This document shows, one piece after another, positions 56,095 to 64,000 of a stretch of DNA of 64,000 bases. The stretch covers positions 704,001 to 768,000 of the forward strand of contig CAXVYR010000003.1 in the NCBI GenBank assembly GCA_963666975.2, read 5' to 3'. The position numbers and the translations under genes are program-made. Within the stretch, counting starts at the first letter, position 1. Each line of letters begins with the position of its first letter. The notes under the pieces are model-generated. The model saw only the letters and a list, made by a program, of their open reading frames with translations, was not told the origin of the DNA and did not search any database. This DNA is from Terriglobia bacterium. GTDB lineage: Bacteria > Acidobacteriota > Terriglobia > 2-12-FULL-54-10.

Positions 56095-58005
56095 ATGGGG
56101 AAATGGAAAATGTCCCACCGCATAGCTACTGTGGGCTGTAGCGTATTCTTGCTGGCGGTCGCCACGGCGGGTGCTCAGACGGTTACGGTGCCCGCAACAC
56201 TGGTGGGATACCCCGATCTGATTGTTCATAACGCAAAGATTGCCACGATGGATGATGCTTCCCTCAATCCCACGATGGGCCGCACGTCCGAGGCCATGGC
56301 GGTCCGGGATAAGAAGGTTTTGGCTCTGGGGAACAACGCGGAGATGCTGGCGCTGGCCGGCCCGCAAACCAGGAAGATCGACCTCCGGGGCCGGACCGTC
56401 GTTCCAGGCATTATTAACACCCACTCCCACATGCATGACCACTCGATTCAACGATGGGTTCAGGCCAACGAGGACAAGATTGAAACCGTGGTACGGCGGT
56501 TTTCCGTGACCGGACAAACCTATGAAGAGTTGGCGCAAGGTATTGAGCTGGTCCTCAAGGAGCAGATGGCGCATGCCGAGCCGGACCAGTGGGCCATCAT
56601 TTCACTCCCCCGCGGGGGCAGCTCGGGAACCGGGATTGGCGTCCAGTACCTGAATGACCCCGGGAGCGGGGCGAACCGGGAAGAGCTGGATAAGCTGTCT
56701 CCCAATTCGCCTGTCATGCTGAACGCGCACCCCAACTGGATGCTGAACAAGAATGCCGAGGACTCGATTTTAGACCTGTATGGCCTGGAGAACACCCCAG
56801 AGAACCGCGAGGTCTTCGTTCCGGTCTTCAACACCACCATTAACCGCTCCTTGGTGGTAGATCGCTACTTCGCCAGCCGGATTCCGGAACTGGCCGCTAT
56901 CATCCAGGACGGCTTGGAACATCAAGCCGCCGTGGGATTCACCACCTTCAGCTCGCACATTGTAGGACTCCGGAATTTTGATGCCTACCGAATGCTGGAA
57001 CGGGAGGGCCGTTTGCCCATCCGGTTCGCATTTGCGCACCGCTACGGCCAACAGGTGGAACCCGATCCTGCCGGATTTTTCATGCGCCTGGGCGACTTGG
57101 CGGGCATGGGCACCGATTATTTCTGGAATGTGGGACCCACGATGGGCGGTCTCGATTCCGGTCCGCCCAGCATCTGCACCACGATGGAAGCTCCTGAAAA
57201 GTTCAAGTCGAAGGAAAAGTGCGTGCTGGAGCCGGGCAGCAACACGGAGAAAGCGATCATCTCAGCGCTGAACTCTTATCAACGCTATGTGGTGAACCAC
57301 GTCTATGGGGACAAGGCCTTTGGTAATTTCATGAACGTTGTGGAGCGGGTCATTGAATCCAACCCCGGCATCACGCTGGAGTATATCCGGTCCCGCAGGC
57401 TGACGGCGGATCACTGCGGTTTTTATCCCAATCCAGAGCAGTTGCCGCGGATCAAAAAGCTGGGGATTGTCCTCAGTTGCGATCCTAATTTCATGAACCG
57501 CAGCTATCCCTGGCTTAGCGTGTACGGGATGGATAAGGCGAACCGCATTGGCCCGATCAAGAGCATACTGAATGCAGGGATCATGCCCACCGCCGAAGCG
57601 GAAATGTCTGTCGAGAGCGGGACCGGCCCCACCTACTTCACCGTTCAAAGCAAATTCCTCACACGGAAAAACAGCAGAGGCGACTTGGTGGCCCCGGAAG
57701 AGGCGATAGACCGTATCACCTTGATGAAAATGATGACGACATGGGCTTCCCACTACGTAATACGGGAGGACGCCATCGGGTCCCTCGAGCCGGGCAAGCT
57801 GGCCGATTTTGTGGTCCTGAACAAAGACTACTTCACGATCTCGGAGGCTGATATCCCGACCGTCTTCCCGCTGATGGTGGTGCTGGGAGGCAAGACCACT
57901 ATTTTGCGCAAGGAACTGGCCGACGAGTGGAACGCCCAGCCGATCGGCCCCCAAATGAATTGGGAATTCAGCATGCCGTGGAGAGAGCAAGAAGTCATCA
58001 TGTAA
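56095..58005 (+). CDS. Exported amidohydrolase_3 (YtcJ-like) protein
   Basis: Sec signal peptide, DLRGRTVVPGIINTHSH, HVYGD, DHC and GSLEPGKLADFVVL. Confidence 0.9.
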   Translation: MGKWKMSHRIATVGCSVFLLAVATAGAQTVTVPATLVGYPDLIVHNAKIATMDDASLNPTMGRTSEAMAVRDKKVLALGNNAEMLALAGPQTRKIDLRGRTVVPGIINTHSHMHDHSIQRWVQANEDKIETVVRRFSVTGQTYEELAQGIELVLKEQMAHAEPDQWAIISLPRGGSSGTGIGVQYLNDPGSGANREELDKLSPNSPVMLNAHPNWMLNKNAEDSILDLYGLENTPENREVFVPVFNTTINRSLVVDRYFASRIPELAAIIQDGLEHQAAVGFTTFSSHIVGLRNFDAYRMLEREGRLPIRFAFAHRYGQQVEPDPAGFFMRLGDLAGMGTDYFWNVGPTMGGLDSGPPSICTTMEAPEKFKSKEKCVLEPGSNTEKAIISALNSYQRYVVNHVYGDKAFGNFMNVVERVIESNPGITLEYIRSRRLTADHCGFYPNPEQLPRIKKLGIVLSCDPNFMNRSYPWLSVYGMDKANRIGPIKSILNAGIMPTAEAEMSVESGTGPTYFTVQSKFLTRKNSRGDLVAPEEAIDRITLMKMMTTWASHYVIREDAIGSLEPGKLADFVVLNKDYFTISEADIPTVFPLMVVLGGKTTILRKELADEWNAQPIGPQMNWEFSMPWREQEVIM

Positions 58006-58174
58006 TCCACCGTTCTCTTCTTTCTCGCAACCATTGCCGGAATTTTGGGGCAGTTCCAGGGGCCTGTAACACGACACCCTGGGGTTGTCCCGCATTGGTT
58101 TCCGGCAATCATTTCTCTAGCATGATTTCCAGCATGGTTACGGCGAGCATTTGAAAACTCAAAGGAATGGCAAC

Positions 58175-58977
58175 ATGAATTCGCACGGAAAATCCTGGAC
58201 GGCACTGCTGCTTCCGGCAATGTTTCTAGGGATGGCGATTCCGTCCGCGGCACAGTCCCAGTTTCCCGATGGGAAGGGGAAAGAGATTGTCGAGATGGTG
58301 TGCAGTCAGTGTCACGGCCTGAATCACGTCTCGGACTCAAGGCGAACCCAGGAAGAATGGGAAAGCGTGGTCAGCGACATGGTTGCACGCGGAGCGCCCT
58401 TGCTGGTCGATGAAATCGATACCGTGTCGGAATATCTGGTCAAGAATTTCGGTCCGCAGAGCCCCCCAGAGCTGCTTCCCAGAAAGCTGCTAGTGCAAGC
58501 GCGGCAACCACGCTGTCGGAAAGCCAGGGAAAAGAGATTGTCGAGACGGTATGCACGCAGTGCCACGGTCTGAATACCATTTCCAGTGCCGGGTACCGTT
58601 CCAAGGAAGAATGGGAAGGTGTGATCAGCGACATGATCTCCAGGGGCGCGCCCTTGCTGGACGATGAAATGGACACTGTAGCCGAATATCTGACCGCAAA
58701 TTTTTCCCCGAAGGCATCCTCCGGCAGTTCCGCGAGCGCTTCCGGCCAAGGTGCGGCCAATACAAACTCGGCAGCCACATTGCCCGAGGGCAAGGGGAAA
58801 GAGATCGTCGAGATGGTCTGCAGCCAGTGCCACGGCCTAAATAACGTGGCCGGTTCGCGACGAACCAAGGAAGAATGGGAAAGCGTAGTCAGTGACATGG
58901 TCGCCAGAGGCGCTCCCTTGCTCATCGATGAAATTGACCTTGTCACGGAATATCTGGCCGAGCATTGGGGGCCTTAA
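58175..58977 (+). CDS. Exported cytochrome c with three tandem mono-heme domains; frameshift at the C6 run 58462-58467
   Basis: Signal peptide; three repeats of G.EIVE.VC.QCHGL...EEWE.V.SDM..RGAPL (CSQCH, CTQCH, CSQCH). Confidence 0.88.
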
Positions 58978-59093
58978 GCAGCAAGCCCCAGCCGCTCTGC
59001 TCAGATTGCCATAGCGGCTCGAGCGAGGATATTCAGAAAATATCTTCTGGGAATCATGGTTCATTCGGTGGATTTGCTTTAAGGAGAGTGCGT

Positions 59094-60989
59094 ATGAGAA
59101 AACTCGTCCAGGACCTTGTAACTTCCAAGCTTTCCCGGCGCGGCTTCCTCGCCAGCATGGTGGCGGCTGGTTACACCCTTTCTGCTGCCCAATCGGCCCT
59201 GCAATCGGTCTCGCCGTTTGTTCCCGGGGCCCACGGAGCCGAGACCGCTGAGTCCTTCACCCGCTCTGTGACCGGCACAGGAGGCGACCTGATGGTCGAG
59301 CAGATCATTGAGGCGGGCGCCCGCTACCTGTTTGTCACCAACGGCTCCGGCCTCGGCCCGCTGTGCGACGCCCTGGTCACACGTCCCCAGATTCAGCTGA
59401 TCCAGGCCGTCCACGAAGGCCAGGCCGTGGCGATGGCTGACGGTTACGCCAAAGCCTCCGGCAAGATCGGCTTTGGGATGTACAGCCGCGTCGGGCTGCC
59501 CAACTCCTCCTCCAACATGTACAACGCCATGAAGGACCGCACCCCGCTGGTGCTGCTCAGCGATCACGCCGATTCGACCAGCGAAGGGACTGACAGTCAC
59601 GAGGACCTTTACGATTTCCTGGAACCGGTGAAGCAATTCACCAAGTGGCGTTGGGTGACACACGAGGCAAGCCGGATCCCGGAATGGATACGCAAAGCTT
59701 GCAAGGTATCCACGGTCCTGCCCGGAGGCCCCACCTATGTTCGTTTTCCGCGCAACCTGCTGTACCGGGAAAACGTAACGGCGCCGGTCTTTGCGGGCGA
59801 AGCTTTCCACATCCCAATGGATCTTCGGCCGGACAAAAAGCAGGTAGAGCGCGCCGCGAAAATGCTTCTGGAAGCCTCTTCGCCGCTCTTCTATGTCGGG
59901 CGGGAGGTTACACAGACCCATGCCCGCGCATCACTGGTGGAGCTGGCCGAGCTGCTGGCCATCCCGGTGGTCCAAGGCAGAAGTTACTGCGCGGATTTTC
60001 CAAACTTCCATCCGCTCCACGTCGGTGAACTGCGCACGACGCGGATTCCCAAGCAGGCCGATTGCCTCGTCAATTTCGGCGCCCGTTTCCGCCCGCGGGA
60101 AAGAAGATTCCTCAATCGGATTCCCACTGTGATCCACGCCACCGTGGAGCCAGAGGTGCTGGGCCGCAACACCGCGCTGCAGGCGGGGTTGGTCGGCAAT
60201 ATCGACATGGTGGCGCGCGACCTGATAGACGCCGTAAAAAGCATGGCAACGCCACAAAAACTGAAGGAACGTACGGCGGAGCGCCGGGCGGAGATCTCTT
60301 CCTACACAAAACGCCTGCGGGAGGCGCGCATTTCCTTGGCGCGCCGCAGCACGGGCAAGCAGATCCCCTGGCAGCGTCTCATGGTCGAACTGAACGATTT
60401 ACTCGACCCCGACGCCGTGATTATTCCCGAAATCGGCTCCGACGAAAAGTTTCTCAATTTTTTCACCTTCGCCGACGATGCGAAATTAAAGGTCGGCCGC
60501 ACCGAGGGAATGGCGCTCGGATGGGGCATGGGAGCTTCGGTGGGCGTCAAGCTCGCGCTTCCCAACCGGCAGGTCGTCACCATCCAGGGAGACGGCGGTT
60601 TCCTGTTCGGGCAGACCGATGCCTTGTGGACGATGTCCCGCTACGACGTGCCGGTGCTGACGGTCATCGCGAACAACCAATGCTACGAGGCTACGCGCCA
60701 CCGGATCATGGGCCGCGGAGGAGCCGCGGGGAAAGCTCAACGTGACTATATCTCCTACCTGGGCGACCCGGAAGTCGACTTCACCCAACTGGCGGCAGCC
60801 TACAAAATCGGCGGCGAGATCGTGCACAACACCGACCAGTTGCGCCCGGCCATCCAGCGGGGCATCCGCGCACTCCGCGACGGACGCCCCTATTTGCTGG
60901 ATGTCCGCGTTCAGACCATAGGAGTCGGCGCCGAGCTTTCCTGGTATCCCGATTTCTCGCTGGCAGAAACCCGGGAACAGAAGGTATAA
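59094..60989 (+). CDS. ThDP-dependent enzyme (decarboxylase superfamily) with twin-arginine leader, paralog 1
   Basis: SRRGFL plus hydrophobic helix; HEGQAVAMADGYA; GDG-X26-NN. Confidence 0.92.
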   Translation: MRKLVQDLVTSKLSRRGFLASMVAAGYTLSAAQSALQSVSPFVPGAHGAETAESFTRSVTGTGGDLMVEQIIEAGARYLFVTNGSGLGPLCDALVTRPQIQLIQAVHEGQAVAMADGYAKASGKIGFGMYSRVGLPNSSSNMYNAMKDRTPLVLLSDHADSTSEGTDSHEDLYDFLEPVKQFTKWRWVTHEASRIPEWIRKACKVSTVLPGGPTYVRFPRNLLYRENVTAPVFAGEAFHIPMDLRPDKKQVERAAKMLLEASSPLFYVGREVTQTHARASLVELAELLAIPVVQGRSYCADFPNFHPLHVGELRTTRIPKQADCLVNFGARFRPRERRFLNRIPTVIHATVEPEVLGRNTALQAGLVGNIDMVARDLIDAVKSMATPQKLKERTAERRAEISSYTKRLREARISLARRSTGKQIPWQRLMVELNDLLDPDAVIIPEIGSDEKFLNFFTFADDAKLKVGRTEGMALGWGMGASVGVKLALPNRQVVTIQGDGGFLFGQTDALWTMSRYDVPVLTVIANNQCYEATRHRIMGRGGAAGKAQRDYISYLGDPEVDFTQLAAAYKIGGEIVHNTDQLRPAIQRGIRALRDGRPYLLDVRVQTIGVGAELSWYPDFSLAETREQKV

Positions 60990-61063
60990 CCGGAACAAAT
61001 TGAATTCGGACCTGTTCGGGCGCGTTGTCAGCAGGTTCACCCCATGCGGCAAGGAGCATCTTT

Positions 61064-62947
61064 ATGAGAAAACTCGTCCAGGACCTTGTAAATTCCAAGC
61101 TTTCCCGGCGTGGCTTCCTCGCCAGCATGGTGGCGGCTGGTTACACCCTTTCCGCAGCCCAATCGGCCCTGCAATCGGTCTCACCGTTCCTTCCCGGAGC
61201 CGAAGCCGCTGAGTCCTTCACCCGCTCTGTGACCGGCACAGGAGGCGACCTGATGGCCGAGCAGATCATTGAGGCGGGCGCCCGCTACCTGTTTGCCACC
61301 AACGGCTCCGGCCTCGGCCCGCTGTGCGACGCACTGGTCACACGTCCCCAGATTCAGCTGATCCAGGCCATCCACGAAGGCCAAGCGGTCTCGATGGCCG
61401 ACGGTTACGCCAAAGCCACCGGCAAGATCGGCTTTGGGATGTACAGCCGCGTCGGGCTGCCCAACTCCTCCGCCAACATGTACAACGCCATGAAGGACCG
61501 CACCCCGCTGGTGCTGCTCAGCGATCACGCCGATTCGAGTAGCGAGGGAACCGACAGCCATGAGGACCTTTACGATTTCCTGGAACCGGTGAAGCAATAC
61601 ACCAAGTGGCGCTGGGTGGCACACGAGTCGAGCCGGATACCGGAATGGATACGCAAGGCCTGCAAGGTCTCCACGGTCCTGCCCGGAGGCCCCACCTATA
61701 TTCGCATTCCGCGCAACCTGCTGTATAAACCAAACGTAACAGCATCGGTCTTTGCGGGCGAAGCTTTTCATATCCCGATGGAGCTGCGGCCGGACAAGAA
61801 ACAGGTGGAGCGCGCCGCGAAACTGCTTCTGGAAGCCTCTTCCCCGCTCCTCTACCTCGGACCGGAGGTGAGCCAGACCAACGCCCGCGCGTCGCTGGTG
61901 GAGCTGGCTGAGTTGCTGGCCATCCCGGCGACGCAAGCGCGGAGCTTTTACGCGGATTTTCCGAACTTCCATCCGCTCCAAGTCGGGGAATACGGCCGCA
62001 CGATGCGGTATCCCAAAAATGTTGATTGCTTTGTCAATTTCGGGGCACGCTTCGGGGGCCGGAGCAGGCTTCCCGAGGGGATCTCCATCATACATGCCAG
62101 CGTGGAGCCGGAGGCGCTAGGACGCAACACCCCGGTGCAGGTGGCGCTGGTGGGCCATCTCGACCATGTGGCGCGCGACCTCGTCGAGGCTGTAAAGAGC
62201 ATGGCGTCGCCGCAGAAACTGAAGGAACGCACGGCTGAGCGCCGGGCGGAGTGCGCCTCCTACACGAAGCGCATGCGGGAGTCGCGCGTCACCCTGGCCC
62301 GCCGGGCCAGCGGCGACCCGGTGCCCTGGCAGCGGCTCATGGTCGAGTTAAACGACCAGCTCGACTCCAACGCCGTCATCGTCGAGGAGTTGGGAACGGA
62401 GGGCAAAGTCCTGAACTTTTTCTCGTTTGCCGATGATGCCAAGTTAAAGATCGGACGCACCGAGGGACGGTCTCTCGGCTGGGGCGTGGGAGCTTCGGCC
62501 GGGGTCAAGCTCGGCCTTCCCAATCGCCAGGTCGTCTCCTTGCAGGGAGACGGCGGTTTCCTGTTCGGCCAGACCGATTCCCTGTGGACCATGTCCCGCT
62601 ACGACATTCCGGTGCTGACCGTCATCACAAACAACCAGGGCTACGAGGAGCCTCGCTGGAACATGATGAACCCGCGACGACGCGCAGGAAAAGCCGGACG
62701 CGACTATATCGGCTACCTGGGAAATCCGGATATCGATTTCACGAAGCTGGCGGCGGCATACAACATCGGCGGCGAAGTCGTGCAAAACACCGATCAGTTG
62801 CGCCCGGCCATCCAGAAAGCCCTCCGCGCGCTCCGCGACGGACGACCCTACTTGCTGGATGTGCGCATCTTGAGGACCGGCACCGGCGCTGAGGTTTCTT
62901 GGTATCCCAAATTTTCGCTGGCCGAGCACCGGGAGCGAAACGTATAG
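61064..62947 (+). CDS. ThDP-dependent enzyme with twin-arginine leader, paralog 2
   Basis: Same motifs; 5' nucleotide sequence nearly identical to paralog 1. Confidence 0.92.
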   Translation: MRKLVQDLVNSKLSRRGFLASMVAAGYTLSAAQSALQSVSPFLPGAEAAESFTRSVTGTGGDLMAEQIIEAGARYLFATNGSGLGPLCDALVTRPQIQLIQAIHEGQAVSMADGYAKATGKIGFGMYSRVGLPNSSANMYNAMKDRTPLVLLSDHADSSSEGTDSHEDLYDFLEPVKQYTKWRWVAHESSRIPEWIRKACKVSTVLPGGPTYIRIPRNLLYKPNVTASVFAGEAFHIPMELRPDKKQVERAAKLLLEASSPLLYLGPEVSQTNARASLVELAELLAIPATQARSFYADFPNFHPLQVGEYGRTMRYPKNVDCFVNFGARFGGRSRLPEGISIIHASVEPEALGRNTPVQVALVGHLDHVARDLVEAVKSMASPQKLKERTAERRAECASYTKRMRESRVTLARRASGDPVPWQRLMVELNDQLDSNAVIVEELGTEGKVLNFFSFADDAKLKIGRTEGRSLGWGVGASAGVKLGLPNRQVVSLQGDGGFLFGQTDSLWTMSRYDIPVLTVITNNQGYEEPRWNMMNPRRRAGKAGRDYIGYLGNPDIDFTKLAAAYNIGGEVVQNTDQLRPAIQKALRALRDGRPYLLDVRILRTGTGAEVSWYPKFSLAEHRERNV

Positions 62948-63102
62948 ATTTGATTTTTCAGCAGGAAGAAAATAGCATGGTATTCTGACTGGCTTTGCTG
63001 TTCATCGCGTCTTGAGAGATGAACGCAAGGTGCCAGCAAACTGCAATCCTGAAACTTTGTCAGGCTCAAACGCAGAAAACGGCTGGGAGGTGCTGCCACA
63101 CG

Positions 63103-63789
63103 ATGAGAATTGACCCGCCCGGGAGTCTGAACAATCCACGAACTTTATTTGCCGGGAGCCTGGGAGCGCTCTGTCTTTTAGCCGCCGCCCTGGCGATAAC
63201 CGCCCCTCTGCTTTCCGAACTGCTGCAGGAGGCAAACGCCAAAAGCGCGCTGCAAACCCCGGCAGAGGAAACCCAAGATTCCTCACAAGCTGTGCCGCGC
63301 GTTTCCGTTGGGGAAATTACCGGAACACCGGGCGCCAGTTTGATGCTGCCTCTTTATTACACAGCGGACCCCAACGTCCCCTTGCGCTCTCTTACCGTCG
63401 AAATCGACTACGTCAGCAATAATTTGAAATTCAACAAAGCGTCCCGTGGCGTCGTGACCGAAAAGGCAGGCGCCGACGTGGCTGCGACCTTGACCGATGG
63501 AACCCCGAATGAAAACGGGCTCACGCGCTCCAAGCTGCAGATTGCCACTTCCTTGACTGAACAGAACCCGCAAGAAGGAATCCCATCCGGGTTGCTGGCT
63601 TTCCTCCTGTTTCGCATCAATCCGAAAGCGAAGCCTTTTGCAATTCGCCTGAACACCAGGGTCGTCTCGGCTGAAGACCTCCAATCTCCGCCACAAAAGG
63701 TGACTCAAGTCGCAGCCACGCCCGGATTAGTGGTGGTGGAGCTTGCCGATGTGCTGCCCGAAGCGACCTGCTTCTTCTTTACCCATTAA
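63103..63789 (+). CDS. Exported or membrane-anchored cohesin-like (Ig/beta-sandwich) protein ending in CFFFTH
   Basis: N-terminal hydrophobic helix; VSVGEITGTPGASLMLPL, IPSGLLAFLLFRI pattern; C-terminal ATCFFFTH. Confidence 0.7.
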   Translation: MRIDPPGSLNNPRTLFAGSLGALCLLAAALAITAPLLSELLQEANAKSALQTPAEETQDSSQAVPRVSVGEITGTPGASLMLPLYYTADPNVPLRSLTVEIDYVSNNLKFNKASRGVVTEKAGADVAATLTDGTPNENGLTRSKLQIATSLTEQNPQEGIPSGLLAFLLFRINPKAKPFAIRLNTRVVSAEDLQSPPQKVTQVAATPGLVVVELADVLPEATCFFFTH

Positions 63790-63841
63790 CGGCGATCGCG
63801 CCGGGGGCGGGCACGCAAGGAAAGCCTGCGGAGGAGGAACC

Positions 63842-63949
63842 GGCGGATTGCTAACGCGCGCGGCTCGGTCAGTGCAGCCCAATCAGCACGCCGATTCTGA
63901 GCCGCGACCGTGAGGGAGCGGGTAAATAGTGTTTTTCAACAACCTGCTA
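63842..63949. repeat. Second copy of the element at 1867-2004, with the right terminal repeat only
   Basis: TTGCTAACGCGCGCGGCTCGG..AGTGCAGCC..AATCAGCACGCC...GAGCCGCGACCGTGAGGGAGCGG...GTTTTTCAACAACCTGCTA. Confidence 0.8.
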
Positions 63950-64000
63950 AGAGAATACCTTCGGCATTCGTGTGTAGTCAGAGCCGCGCGCCTGTCCCGC

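Overview
64 kb of a GC-rich bacterial chromosome, most likely Acidobacteriota. This is inferred from the atpF'-F-H-A-G order, the REP-like repeats and a GTTC-N7-GTTC-type LexA-like box. Housekeeping blocks: partial thrS, dtd, alr-dnaB-rplI-rpsR-rpsF-pth-rplY-prs, part of the ATP synthase operon, tsaC/sua5, and ffh-rpsP-khpA-rimM-trmD-rplS-rnhB. Accessory modules: (1) an acyl-CoA catabolic region at 14.5-24.6 kb; (2) a porin/CuA-type cupredoxin/di-heme protein operon at 25.7-28.8 kb; (3) a signalling region at 42-55.7 kb with VWA/FHA proteins, two histidine kinases, a J-domain protein, a PilB/GspE ATPase fused to zinc ribbons and a receiver domain, and a REC-MBL hydrolase split by an IS1380; (4) an all-exported module at 56-63.8 kb with an amidohydrolase, a three-repeat cytochrome c, two tandem twin-arginine ThDP enzymes and a cohesin-like protein ending in CFFFTH. 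Module 4 is the best candidate for an undescribed system. Several homopolymer frameshifts, premature TGAs and short tandem duplications suggest an imperfectly polished assembly, so pseudogene calls need caution. I saw no rRNA, tRNA or CRISPR array.
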